Of a stretch of 64,000 nucleotides of DNA, positions 18,558 to 28,293 are shown piece by piece. The notes beneath the pieces are model-generated. The model saw only the letters and a program-made list of their open reading frames with translations. It searched no databases and was not told where the DNA came from. Position numbers and translations under genes: made by a program. This DNA comes from an uncultured virus (IMG/VR IMGVR_UViG_3300004151_000009) (taxonomy: Duplodnaviria; Heunggongvirae; Uroviricota; Caudoviricetes), in the IMG/VR virus record IMGVR_UViG_3300004151_000009; one strand, 5' to 3'. Within the stretch, counting starts at the first letter, position 1. Every line of letters starts with the position of its first letter.

Positions 18558-18911
18558 TTAGCGAACCTCAATTTCAAGAACAAGGTTTCCTTTCGCATCC
18601 ACACCGCAGTTACGGAAAGCAGCCCCGGACATGATAGCCTTCTGCTTCAGGATGTGTTGGGTGTATTCCTGATTGAACCTGTAGTAGTCGCGGGCCATAG
18701 ACCACTCGTCCACCACAGGAGTGCCGTCCACCCCGATCACGTACTTGACCTTTCCGCTCTTGTCTCGCAGGACAGTAGCATTTTTGACTGTTTCTTTGGA
18801 GTAGGAGTTGGTGAAGTCCTGCTTCTGCATGGCCCATTCCATAGCCTTGGCAGCAACTTCAATCGCCTTCGCATTGGTCAACTTGATCGACACTTTACTC
18901 AAATGGCTCAT
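18558..18911 (-). CDS. DUF1257 (Ycf35-like) protein
   Basis: MSH.S.V..KL.N...I..A N-terminus, D.W and QEY motifs. Confidence 0.7.
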   Translation of the reverse strand: MSHLSKVSIKLTNAKAIEVAAKAMEWAMQKQDFTNSYSKETVKNATVLRDKSGKVKYVIGVDGTPVVDEWSMARDYYRFNQEYTQHILKQKAIMSGAAFRNCGVDAKGNLVLEIEVR

Positions 18912-19087
18912 TTCTTTTCCTCCAAGTACTTGTTAGAACACTCCTCACATCTAATCACACTATCAAAGAAAGTCCACCCCTCATTCTGACACCTAAGTAC
19001 AACTTCCGTCTCTGAGGTTACAGCGTACACAGTTATGAGCACACCACATTCGTCACACTCTGCTGTCATATCAGAAGGAAAAATCAC
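18908..19087 (-). CDS. Small zinc-binding protein (59 aa, missing from ORF track)
   Basis: Hand translation from GTG 19087 after GGAGG: ...AECDECG...EGWTF...IRCEECS; stop overlaps the next ATG. Confidence 0.55.
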   Translation of the reverse strand: MIFPSDMTAECDECGVLITVYAVTSETEVVLRCQNEGWTFFDSVIRCEECSNKYLEEKK

Positions 19088-19094
19088 AGTAGCC

Positions 19095-19637
19095 TCAACC
19101 TCCTTGTTTCATTCGGATAAACCGAACAGCGTTTTGTTGTTCAATTTCCTTTGGCAACGTGATGGTCAACATCTTCTGGTGCGTATCCAACGAGATGGGT
19201 TGCGTGTTCAGTAGAAGTTTGTAACTCAAACTGTCCTGTTCCACCACCCCGCTTTCAATGACTTCCTTCTTCGTCAGGATACGCCCACGGGTCTTGAAGA
19301 ACCACTTCTGCTTCCGCACCAGATCGTTGTACGACTTGACCTCTACGGTCTGCGGGCGGGCAGGAACCTCAAACTTGATGTAGTATGAATACGTCAGTCG
19401 AGGTTTCGCAAACTCTGCTTCCAATATGAATATCTTTGCAATAGGGATATCCGTCTCAAAAGCATACTTCCCAGACACACCAGCGGGCAGGACATCCGGC
19501 TTCAGTACCCATCCGTTTTTCTGTGCTTCCCATACCGGGATTTCCTTCCCACCAGAAACCAGGAACAGCAGAAACTTTGCTTGCGCTCCAGGCTTGAAGC
19601 TGTTCGTCCCACCGTTGTACTCGAAAAAGTATGACAT
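19095..19637 (-). CDS. Hypothetical protein
   Basis: ATG 19637 after GGGAGG; promoter TTGACA-16-TATTAT at 19667-19694; ends AVRFIRMKQGG. Confidence 0.6.
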   Translation of the reverse strand: MSYFFEYNGGTNSFKPGAQAKFLLFLVSGGKEIPVWEAQKNGWVLKPDVLPAGVSGKYAFETDIPIAKIFILEAEFAKPRLTYSYYIKFEVPARPQTVEVKSYNDLVRKQKWFFKTRGRILTKKEVIESGVVEQDSLSYKLLLNTQPISLDTHQKMLTITLPKEIEQQNAVRFIRMKQGG

Positions 19638-19715
19638 CCCTTCCCTCCCCGTCGTTGTTGAAATAGATAATACCACTTTCTTTGGTTTTGTCAAGGGGTT
19701 TTTCACATTGACTTC

Positions 19716-19746
19716 AAAAAAAGCCCACCTTTTTGGGGTGGGCTTC
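19716..19746 (-). terminator. Rho-independent terminator
   Basis: AAGCCCACC...GGTGGGCTT stem with a T-tract on the minus strand. Confidence 0.75.
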
Positions 19747-19750
19747 TTGG

Positions 19751-20104
19751 TTACTTCGCGTTTTCCAGCGTTTGTCGGATGTGGGGTGGAATGTCCAGGG
19801 TGATCTTCAGATGTCCTTCAGACATCGCTTCGATCTTGGCAGCAAAGTCCAGAACTGATTGCCACCCCCAAGCTACGACATTCGTTTTATCGACACCCTC
19901 AACAGCGGACAAGCAGAACTCCGTTTGAGTCCTAACGGTAGCCTTACGCACAGGGGCACCGGGCTTGAACTCCCAATCAGGAAACAGCCCTGTGTCGTAC
20001 TGTTCCATCCCGGTTTCTTGAGGCTCAATCTCTGCCAGGATAGGAGCATCCATCACAGCCACCTCCTCCACGACATCTTCTTTCACTTTACGCGGCCTTC
20101 CCAT
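19751..20104 (-). CDS. Hypothetical protein with N-terminal GRPRK (AT-hook-like) motif
   Basis: Starts MGRPRKVK, overlapping the portal stop. Confidence 0.55.
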   Translation of the reverse strand: MGRPRKVKEDVVEEVAVMDAPILAEIEPQETGMEQYDTGLFPDWEFKPGAPVRKATVRTQTEFCLSAVEGVDKTNVVAWGWQSVLDFAAKIEAMSEGHLKITLDIPPHIRQTLENAK

Positions 20105-21791
20105 CAGTCCCCTCACTAGTTTCGGGTTTATTGCCTTCGTCCTCTCCACCCCCAACAGCAGGCTCCTGACCTTGAGGATTCTGAGGATCACCTTCGCCTT
20201 GACCGTAGATCGTGCCGTAGTTGTAGAGAGACTTGCTGAAAGCAAGCGGGGAGTCCGCCCACTCTTCATGCTCACCCACATACGGACGAAGTTGTGCATT
20301 AAAGTTCTCGTTAAAGAACTCAATGAGTTCATTGGGAGACAGGACACCTGTGTTGACGATGTGGGGGAGAAGACCCATAAGGTCAGCATTGGACTTGATA
20401 ACAGGATCAACGGTGTCAAAAATCCACTCAGAAACGCCAAGGGCTTTTACGATGGTGTTGTTGATAACGTCATCGAACTTGTTGCGGGCCGGGATGAACA
20501 CCTGATCTTCTGTGGCGATACGCAGAAGGTTGGCACTCGCGTAGTTCAACCCCGTATGCTCACCAAGGAACATGGCGGGGAGGCGGAAGCCAAAGGAACG
20601 GATAGCCCCCCGGCTGTCTTCGAGATACTTCTGGAAGGTAAGGTCATCCTTGCGGTATTCAGTCAAACTGGTGACGTTGAGTTTGGGTGGGGTGTCCTTC
20701 CCCTGGAGGTTGAAAGATGTACCAGAGGCTTCCAGCAGCAGGGGCTTATTGAACTTACCGATGTCCTCTGTATGGCCCTTCAGCATCGCCAGGAGGTCAT
20801 TCATGGACTCTTCGGTGAGTTCCCCGCCAGCAATCGTAATCAAGAGGGGCGGGATGCCCTGCGACTCAAAAAGGTTGTGGTTGATGAAGTCAGCCTTGGT
20901 GATACCCATGACATTGAGAAGCGTTCCAATCCAACGTGGGATACCATAAGTACCGTTGCCGTACTTGAAGTGAATAACCTCAGTAGCATTTTCCCAGACA
21001 TCATCTGAGTTATCTTTTTCCTCTTCCGTATGCCCGGTAAGAGCATTGATGTTACGCGGATCACCGAACTCTTTGAAGAAGCGAACGTCCTTCCCTAGAG
21101 TACCAGTGACCGCCTTGGGGTTGGAGATGCCCATAACGAACTTACGGAACCTTTTGCGGGAAGGAATCTTGATGTCCTTCCCATCCCGAGTCACATCCAG
21201 CACGATGTTAGTGAAATCACGATCCAAAGGGGTGAGACGCATACGCTTGGCGTCCAGCCAGAACAGTAGGGTAGGCTCCCCTTTCAGGTTACGCACAACT
21301 TCGATGTAACCATTTCCGGTGACACTGTAGTCACGATCCACGAACTCACGCAGGGCACTGAAAGACTCCTGCCCATTCGGGCAGTCAAATAGATTCTCCA
21401 GTTTCACTTTTTCGGGGTGGGCCTCATACTTCTCAGCGGGAGGGAGGTTATCAACTTCCGACCCACTTTTAGGCTTGATCTTCCACCCATAACCACCCAC
21501 GTTGAAAATGAAAGCATCAACACATGCCTGGAGACAGCCACACTCCTCATAGAGTTCATACATACGCTCTGGCGAGTACGGGGGCTTCAGGACAAGTTTC
21601 GTCTCGTAGTGAGTCTCATAGAAGTCGTCATAGGCAACCTGACGGGAGAAGGCTTTGACGCTATCTCCCTGTTTTGAAGTCAACTGCGAAATCTCAGCCA
21701 TGATCCTTTTCCGAAAAGCGGACTTGTGCTTGGCCTCTTTCAGTCCCTCTTTGAAACCTTCCGCAAACGGGTCGGTTGTCACTTTTGCCAT
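20088..21791 (-). CDS. Phage portal protein
   Basis: PPY.P, DYSVTGNGYIEVVRN..G, EVIHFK, YGIPRW, F...GIP, NYA motifs typical of PBSX/HK97-type portals. Confidence 0.88.
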   Translation of the reverse strand: MAKVTTDPFAEGFKEGLKEAKHKSAFRKRIMAEISQLTSKQGDSVKAFSRQVAYDDFYETHYETKLVLKPPYSPERMYELYEECGCLQACVDAFIFNVGGYGWKIKPKSGSEVDNLPPAEKYEAHPEKVKLENLFDCPNGQESFSALREFVDRDYSVTGNGYIEVVRNLKGEPTLLFWLDAKRMRLTPLDRDFTNIVLDVTRDGKDIKIPSRKRFRKFVMGISNPKAVTGTLGKDVRFFKEFGDPRNINALTGHTEEEKDNSDDVWENATEVIHFKYGNGTYGIPRWIGTLLNVMGITKADFINHNLFESQGIPPLLITIAGGELTEESMNDLLAMLKGHTEDIGKFNKPLLLEASGTSFNLQGKDTPPKLNVTSLTEYRKDDLTFQKYLEDSRGAIRSFGFRLPAMFLGEHTGLNYASANLLRIATEDQVFIPARNKFDDVINNTIVKALGVSEWIFDTVDPVIKSNADLMGLLPHIVNTGVLSPNELIEFFNENFNAQLRPYVGEHEEWADSPLAFSKSLYNYGTIYGQGEGDPQNPQGQEPAVGGGEDEGNKPETSEGTDGKAA

Positions 21792-21801
21792 CTGATTGCT
21801 C

Positions 21802-24426
21802 CTAGAGTTGATAGTCTTCAAGGGTTGCCAGGGTTTTACCTGTCTGGATATCCGACCCGAACGGGATGGGAAACTCAATCCCAAATTCTTTCTTAATCGG
21901 CGGGTTGACCATGCACTCATACAGGCGGGGTGCAAACGTCGGGATGAAGTCATCCCTAACCATGTAGATAAGTTCGTCGTGGATGAAGCAAACCAACTTC
22001 GCTTTATCTTCACAGATGTTCTGTCTGTGGGCAGTCAACGCAGAGAACAAAACAGTATCATTACTAGCAGACTGAATCGGCGTGTTGATTGCAGCCCGCT
22101 CATCTTCAGACCGTTTAGAGAAGTCCTTGGAGTTGATATTAGCAAGCCTACGAATAAACCCATAGTCTGTACGGACAAACCCCTGCTCTTTGGCTTTAGC
22201 TATTTCGTCTCTATGCCATCCTTCTAGAGCGGGGTAAGCAGTGAAGAACCCTTTTCTAAAGGCTTCTGCCTCTGCGAGTGTGATCTTAACCCCGTACTCA
22301 TCACGAGCATATGCTTGCAACTTTTTCGCCTGCATACCGAAGAGCAACCCGAAATTCACAGCCTTCGCCTTGGTGCGGTAACTCTTCATCTCAGATGCAG
22401 ACATATCCTGCGGGTTGCGTCCGTCCATAGCAATCAGCATTTCTGCTGTATGTGTGTGGACATCTTTGCCCTGCACGTACAGCCCTCGCAGAATCTCATC
22501 GAAGGCTCTGACAGCAGCCCAACGCAATTCTGCCTGTGAAGCATCGGCAGTGACGAAGGAGTAGCCGGGGTCAGCAATAATCAAAGAGCGAATGACATTG
22601 GCGATGTCTTTGTTACGCTTGGGAATCTGCTGCAAGTTGGGGTTGGAAACCGCAGTCCTACCCGTGGCTGTAGCACATTTACTGATGTTGGGATGGAACC
22701 GCCCATCAGGAAAGACGCATTTAGGAAAGCCATTGAGATAGGTGGAGTACAACTTCTGGTATGGTCCCCACTCTATGTAGGTTGAAATCAGTTCCTTGGC
22801 GGGATGGTCATCATCCAATTCATCCCGCATACGCACCAGGAGTTTCCGGCCCACCCCATCCCCACCGGCAGGGGTCTTCTCCAGAGGATTGAGATTGAAG
22901 CCTTCCTTGGAAAACAAAACATCCCGCAGAAGGTCAGTACGAGACAGTTTAAGTCCCTTCTCCCGCTGGCGTTCAAGAACTTTTCTGGGCATGAGCGAGA
23001 TGAACTTGTTCGTCTGCTGATTCAGGAAATCTGCCACCTTCTCTTTAGCGGCGGGAAGGCGTTCCTGGTCGAACAATACACCGTTCTTCTCAATCTCATA
23101 AAGCACTTCTGTCGTAACCGGATGCACCAACTTGATGTAGTATTCAGCAAGTCTCATGTCGGTACACAGACGATCTTTCAAGATAGTTGCACAATCAAAA
23201 GTAGAGGCAGTGTCACCACAAGCGTACTGCGAGTGTCTTTCGGGATTCTCTTTTGCAGCAGCAAGCATGTCAGACTTATCAACTTCCTGTGCAAACTTCG
23301 CTTTATGGTCAACACGATAAGGAGCAACTGCGGATTGAATGTCTTGCAAAGATGCTCTCTTGTACATGTCAGGATCGAGTGTGTGCATCACTGATTGGAC
23401 ATCAAGTGTGTACGCTTTGACTTCCTCCCGCTCAATGCCTAACTGACGAAAACGATGAAGGTCATAGTTACCGTTCATCATGTACTTTTTGATGGTCGGG
23501 TCGGAAAGAATCGTGCGAAGTTCTTCCACCTTTTCATCATAGTGTGCTGCTTTCTTCACAAAAACATCAACAAGTTCTTCCTTCCTCCCCACTTTACGGG
23601 GCCATTTGATAACAAGTTCATGTTCCCCTTCCACCACCTCTGTAGCCAGCCAGATATTGTATCCATTGGTCGGGCTGGTACTCACAGAGTACGAAATCAC
23701 AATGGAGTTGGGGTTGGCGAAGTCCTTCCCCTGCGTCTCCGTGTCCACCGCAACCGCTTCAGGATTTGAAGCGATTAGAGATTTAATCGACTCAACGTCA
23801 CGATAATCCAGTTCTCCTGTTTCCATCAACTGATATCCGTTCTTCATGAACTGGAACATCTGGGAGATGTCTGGACGCCACTTTGCAAACTGCTTCTGGT
23901 CACGGAGGCAGAAACCAGTGGCATACGTTGGCATGACCCAACACTGAAAGTCTTCTGAATACTGGAGCATCCCGCGACGTTTGGAGATGCCTGTCTGGTT
24001 GAGGACTTGCTTGAAAGCAGTATCCCCAAGGGTGAGGATCATTTTGGGTTGGAGGTGCTTGAGAACATCATTAACGTAAGGCTTACAATGCTCAAGCACA
24101 CTCTTCACCAGTTTCTTGTTCTGCTTCTCTTCAATGGTCAGGTGGCAACGGTGAGCAGGCATGTAATACGCCTTGTTGCCATCAAATCCGTTGGCAGCAA
24201 GCTCGTTGGCAAGTACAGTACGCTGATCCCCGGTCATTATTAGGCTCTTAGCCAAGTCCTCTGCCGATGGCCCGTCAGTCACCACCACAATTTCGGGGTG
24301 GTCTGTATTACCGAATCCTTTGAGATTGGTGAACAGACCCTCCCCGACCTTGCGACGGTATGGACCCAAAACAGGAACCTTCTCTTTTCCGATCTTTTCA
24401 AAGAGCGGACATCCCTCGCAGTGCAT
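21802..24426 (-). CDS. Family A DNA polymerase with N-terminal uracil-DNA glycosylase-like domain and 3'-5' exonuclease
   Basis: CEGCPL...C...C UDG-4-like cysteines; Exo VDTET, NGNYD, YACGD; Pol TGR..SNPNLQQIP, DASQAELR, KAVNFG, IHDEL; ATG 24426 after GGAGGG. Confidence 0.92.
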   Translation of the reverse strand: MHCEGCPLFEKIGKEKVPVLGPYRRKVGEGLFTNLKGFGNTDHPEIVVVTDGPSAEDLAKSLIMTGDQRTVLANELAANGFDGNKAYYMPAHRCHLTIEEKQNKKLVKSVLEHCKPYVNDVLKHLQPKMILTLGDTAFKQVLNQTGISKRRGMLQYSEDFQCWVMPTYATGFCLRDQKQFAKWRPDISQMFQFMKNGYQLMETGELDYRDVESIKSLIASNPEAVAVDTETQGKDFANPNSIVISYSVSTSPTNGYNIWLATEVVEGEHELVIKWPRKVGRKEELVDVFVKKAAHYDEKVEELRTILSDPTIKKYMMNGNYDLHRFRQLGIEREEVKAYTLDVQSVMHTLDPDMYKRASLQDIQSAVAPYRVDHKAKFAQEVDKSDMLAAAKENPERHSQYACGDTASTFDCATILKDRLCTDMRLAEYYIKLVHPVTTEVLYEIEKNGVLFDQERLPAAKEKVADFLNQQTNKFISLMPRKVLERQREKGLKLSRTDLLRDVLFSKEGFNLNPLEKTPAGGDGVGRKLLVRMRDELDDDHPAKELISTYIEWGPYQKLYSTYLNGFPKCVFPDGRFHPNISKCATATGRTAVSNPNLQQIPKRNKDIANVIRSLIIADPGYSFVTADASQAELRWAAVRAFDEILRGLYVQGKDVHTHTAEMLIAMDGRNPQDMSASEMKSYRTKAKAVNFGLLFGMQAKKLQAYARDEYGVKITLAEAEAFRKGFFTAYPALEGWHRDEIAKAKEQGFVRTDYGFIRRLANINSKDFSKRSEDERAAINTPIQSASNDTVLFSALTAHRQNICEDKAKLVCFIHDELIYMVRDDFIPTFAPRLYECMVNPPIKKEFGIEFPIPFGSDIQTGKTLATLEDYQL

Positions 24427-24524
24427 ATATTCCCTCCTAGTGTCAAAGGGATAATATACATCATTTTCGAGATTTGTCAAGGTAAAATGGGGACTTTTCT
24501 TGGTTTTGAAGTCAACTTCAAAAA

Positions 24525-24800
24525 CTATTTCTCTGCCACGGGCAGGGTGACGGTCTGCTCCATCTTTCTTCCGTTGGCAGTGGTGACTGCACACTTAACG
24601 CTGTACTTCTGTTTTGCCGTCCCGCCAGACAGCCAGACAACCGCTTTGGTGGTGTCGTTTGTCTGACTCATTTTTGTAATGCCTGTGGGAACAGTCCAGG
24701 TAACTGCGGAAATGGTGTCCCCTGTGACAAGACGGGCAGCCCAATCAACAGTGTAGTCCAATTCTTCTTCGGGGTCTTTAGAAGGCCATAACAGTGCCAT
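24525..24800 (-). CDS. Small Ig-like virion adaptor protein
   Basis: KDP.E.LDY.VDW...VWLSGGT...Y.V.C.VTT..GR pattern. Confidence 0.65.
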   Translation of the reverse strand: MALLWPSKDPEEELDYTVDWAARLVTGDTISAVTWTVPTGITKMSQTNDTTKAVVWLSGGTAKQKYSVKCAVTTANGRKMEQTVTLPVAEK

Positions 24801-24811
24801 ATCTTAACTCC

Positions 24812-25087
24812 TTACGCTTGAACGGTTCTATTTTCAGAGGATACAGAAACAGAGCGTGTTTCCGACCCGACAACCACGACTCTAACTTCTTCACCTAGGG
24901 TTACTACCCTGTTTTCCATATCAACCTCTGCTAGTTGTAGGTATCCAGAATCCCCCTCCCCCACTGCACCGTTGGTGCCCGACACAGCGGGGGGAGGGAC
25001 TTCTAAAGCCCTGGAAGCGGAAACCACGATAGTGATTATTCTATCGCCGCCGCCAGTAGCCATAAAAGCGGGAAGGAGAACGCTCAT
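24812..25087 (-). CDS. Hypothetical virion-associated protein
   Basis: Operonic overlap; C-terminal ExRxV repeats. Confidence 0.5.
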   Translation of the reverse strand: MSVLLPAFMATGGGDRIITIVVSASRALEVPPPAVSGTNGAVGEGDSGYLQLAEVDMENRVVTLGEEVRVVVVGSETRSVSVSSENRTVQA

Positions 25088-26280
25088 AAAGGAGTCCTAG
25101 TCGTACCATCCAAGCTCAAGTCAAAGGAGAATATGGGTGTAACACCGTCGTCTTCGTAGATAGTGATACGCTGTCCACCTTCAGCGGTTACTGTGATTAT
25201 TGCTTTATTGACGGATGCTTTTCTTGCTGAAGAAGACTCTTCCGCCGCTTGTTGTAACCAGTTCTCTTGCTCTGTCGTAAGTCCTCCAGCCCCTCCATCA
25301 TTTATCTTCTTGCCCATAGTACCTGTGACAGTGAAGGCTTCTGCTTGGCAAGACCACACAGCATCCGCTAACGCCTGTGGGGACAACTCTGTGTAAGGTA
25401 GGGCAGACCCCACCATATGCCCCAGAGCATAGGGGTCGAGATTGCCAGAAAAGGACATACCAGCAAATGCTGTCCTAGCAGGAGGTGAATCATCCAAAGG
25501 TAACATGGCAGCCGTTCCCGTAACAGTGAGCGTGGACGTAGCATTTCGTGCGGGAGGGGAGTCATTAACAGGCAGTATGTTCACTACAGGGACATTTAGG
25601 TGTATAGTGCCCGTAGCGGTGTATAGTTGGATTTCCATGTTCAACGGACGCGGGGTGGCTTCCCCGTATATAGAAACTTGAGCAGAACCATCTGCATCAA
25701 GCACCGCCCCCAACAGAGCAGTTGTGAGCATCCCTATAAGTGCCTCACCACTACGACTAGGGGGAGAATCGTCTAGAGGATAGGCATCAGCGTCACATAC
25801 CAACTCTAATTGGGAGTGCCCTGTGCGGGCAGGAGGAGAATCGTCTAGGGGGAGGATGTTTGCGGTAGCACTAAATGTTATTGCAGAGGAACCAGCCCCT
25901 TTGACGTTTGCTTCGAGTTTAATGCTACCGGGCTGCATGGTTATGGTACAGGTGCCGGTGCCCCAAGCAATCAACTGCCCGTCTAAAGAGGCAGGGGTTA
26001 TGCTCAAGGCAATAACGCCCGTGATCGGGACGCCCATCAGGCCGTTGGCGGTGGCCGTGATCGTGTTGCTGAAAACGCGCCCACACAGGTCGCCGCCTGT
26101 GATCGGTGGCACGAACCCGGACATGCCGTAGCCCACCGGCACAGCCGACTGCCGCCGGACACCCGCCCATCCGGTGTAGGCCGCGAGGCCGTCGCCGTTG
26201 AGACGGTGCGGCTCGAAGGAGGTGAACCCCGTGTCCAAGGTTTGCGCGGTGCGGAGATAGTTGCCGTTTGCGATCAACAT
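25084..26280 (-). CDS. Putative virion structural/fibre protein with internal repeats
   Basis: G/T/A-rich; four PL(D/N)DSPP(A/S)R-type repeats; LADAVW...GTMG motif. Confidence 0.55.
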   Translation of the reverse strand: MLIANGNYLRTAQTLDTGFTSFEPHRLNGDGLAAYTGWAGVRRQSAVPVGYGMSGFVPPITGGDLCGRVFSNTITATANGLMGVPITGVIALSITPASLDGQLIAWGTGTCTITMQPGSIKLEANVKGAGSSAITFSATANILPLDDSPPARTGHSQLELVCDADAYPLDDSPPSRSGEALIGMLTTALLGAVLDADGSAQVSIYGEATPRPLNMEIQLYTATGTIHLNVPVVNILPVNDSPPARNATSTLTVTGTAAMLPLDDSPPARTAFAGMSFSGNLDPYALGHMVGSALPYTELSPQALADAVWSCQAEAFTVTGTMGKKINDGGAGGLTTEQENWLQQAAEESSSARKASVNKAIITVTAEGGQRITIYEDDGVTPIFSFDLSLDGTTRTPL

Positions 26281-26283
26281 GGA

Positions 26284-27396
26284 TTAACCCCAGGCCGTCT
26301 CAAGATACCCGTAAAGGCTTGTCGCCGCAGTGGTTGCGCCGCCAGCGTACATCAGGAAGTCCAAGCACGCACCGTCGTAAATGCGCGGGAGCGACGGCAT
26401 CTGGAACATTAAATTGCGCTCACTCGCGACGCCCGCTGCCGGGATCGGAATGGAGGCAATCGGACGGGCCAGCACCAGCGCGGCGGCAGCAGACGCCCCC
26501 GTGTAGGCCGTGCCGCCAGAGAAGGTGAACGACTGCACCGAACGGATGCCCGTGTCACCGGCCTGGAGCGGGATGAAGTTCAGCTTGTTCGCACCAGCAG
26601 CCGTGTGGATGATCTGTCCGGCGGGGGGAGTCGCGTTCATCGACAGCGTGGCAATCGGGCATTTGCAACCGGATGTGCCTGCTTGGTTGGTGTAGGTGAA
26701 CTCGGTCAGGTTCGGCCCGCCAGCCGTCGCGGCGACGGTGGAGACGAAGAAGGCCCGCACCCCGGCCCCGGTGGCGTAACGCGGCAGGGTGATGGTGTTG
26801 ACCAGGGTACGCTGCGACGTGCTTATAAGGTCGGCGGACGCAATCGGATAGTACAGGAGGTGGTCCATCAACATGAGCCAGGACGGCCCATAAGCAGCGG
26901 CAGTCACAGCCGCGCCCAGGTTGACGAGGTGCTTCTGGTCGGTGGAAACGTCGCCGCCATGCCAGATGGTCGGGAAAGCACATGTCAAGGTGGGCGTTCC
27001 GGTGCTGGAGCCACCCGTGACTGCCGAGATCGTGAACGATGTCCCCGCGCTGATAGCCGTGATAAAGGCGTTGGCCGGGATTGTGACCGTGCCCGCCGAC
27101 CCGGAAACCAGCATCCCGATGGCAAGCCCGGAGGTCTGCGTGGTTGAGATTGTCGCGCTGGCGGCGGTGGCCGTGCCCGTGGTGATGTTGACCGGCGTGG
27201 AGGACATCGCCACAGCGGTCTTGGTCGTGCCGCCGAAGAGGAACGCCGGGGGCGTGCCTCCAGCAGGCAGGAGGCTGTACCAGACCGACGCAACCTGAGC
27301 AGCGGCGTTGGTCACGCGGGCGAAATCCTGACGCCACATCTTGCCTTGTGTCGTGACTTCAGACACAAAATCGTCTATTGAACTGAATCCAGCCAT
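26284..27396 (-). CDS. Putative virion structural protein (paralog of 27409-28290)
   Basis: T/A/G-rich beta protein; LPRYATGAGV, AGDTGIRSVQS, DGACLDF. Confidence 0.55.
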   Translation of the reverse strand: MAGFSSIDDFVSEVTTQGKMWRQDFARVTNAAAQVASVWYSLLPAGGTPPAFLFGGTTKTAVAMSSTPVNITTGTATAASATISTTQTSGLAIGMLVSGSAGTVTIPANAFITAISAGTSFTISAVTGGSSTGTPTLTCAFPTIWHGGDVSTDQKHLVNLGAAVTAAAYGPSWLMLMDHLLYYPIASADLISTSQRTLVNTITLPRYATGAGVRAFFVSTVAATAGGPNLTEFTYTNQAGTSGCKCPIATLSMNATPPAGQIIHTAAGANKLNFIPLQAGDTGIRSVQSFTFSGGTAYTGASAAAALVLARPIASIPIPAAGVASERNLMFQMPSLPRIYDGACLDFLMYAGGATTAATSLYGYLETAWG

Positions 27397-27408
27397 GTTG
27401 TATCTCCT

Positions 27409-28290
27409 TTAGGACCACACGAAAGTGAGTTCTGCCGCGCTCAAAGGAGTCGTGGCGGATGTTGAACGTGCGATAAAATTCAGGTATGCACCGTCTCCAA
27501 CCTGTGACAAGAAGCCCTTCTCAAGTGTAAAATCGATCTCGTTGACGGTTTGTGTGGCGTTGTAAGACGGCGCACCTGCCGCCCAAGAGTTTGCGTTTGG
27601 GTACATAGTCGGGATATGCACAACAGGTTTGACCCACACCAGGGCGAAGACGCCGCCCACCGCAGACTCAAGTTGGATTCCCGTTACAGTTGACGGGAAA
27701 TCGCCAGGATGCAACTTGATGAAAGGGTCATCCAGACCAGCCGACGAACTGTATGACGAAAGCACAGACCCCGGGGCAAGCGAGAAGCCCGCAAGATTGC
27801 GTGGAGATGTCCGCTCCATGCCGTGCTGGTTGACGTAGGTGATCGTGAAATAGGCACTGCCCGTGCCTGCGCCCTGGCCGACCAGCATCAGCCGGATGCC
27901 ATTCCCTCCAGCGTGGCGGGCATACGCCAATTGCGATATACCCTGCACGCCGGTTTCGTCGCCGTCCAAGAAAGGCACGTACATTTCGTAATCCAGCAAA
28001 ACATACGCCACCCCCGCGCTCGTCGCGGTGCCAGACATCGAGATGCTTTTGACATACTTTCGGGCCGGGGCGACATCCGGCCCGTGGTAGATACCGTCCA
28101 CCGCAGCCAGCCTACTGCACACACCGGGTGCGCTGGCGTAGTAGTTCGCAGGGGGGCCGCCGCCTCCATAAGACATGTCCACGAAGTTGTACTGCGATAA
28201 CGCGGGCGCAGTACGTCGCCACATGGAAGTCCATGCCTTCCCGGCCTCAAGAGCGCGGGTTATCTCGTCAACGGCGTTGAATCCTGGCAT
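27409..28290 (-). CDS. Putative virion structural protein (paralog of 26284-27396)
   Basis: Shared N-terminus (GF..xD......GK.W), YxNQxG and DGAxLxF motifs. Confidence 0.55.
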   Translation of the reverse strand: MPGFNAVDEITRALEAGKAWTSMWRRTAPALSQYNFVDMSYGGGGPPANYYASAPGVCSRLAAVDGIYHGPDVAPARKYVKSISMSGTATSAGVAYVLLDYEMYVPFLDGDETGVQGISQLAYARHAGGNGIRLMLVGQGAGTGSAYFTITYVNQHGMERTSPRNLAGFSLAPGSVLSSYSSSAGLDDPFIKLHPGDFPSTVTGIQLESAVGGVFALVWVKPVVHIPTMYPNANSWAAGAPSYNATQTVNEIDFTLEKGFLSQVGDGAYLNFIARSTSATTPLSAAELTFVWS

Positions 28291-28293
28291 GGC

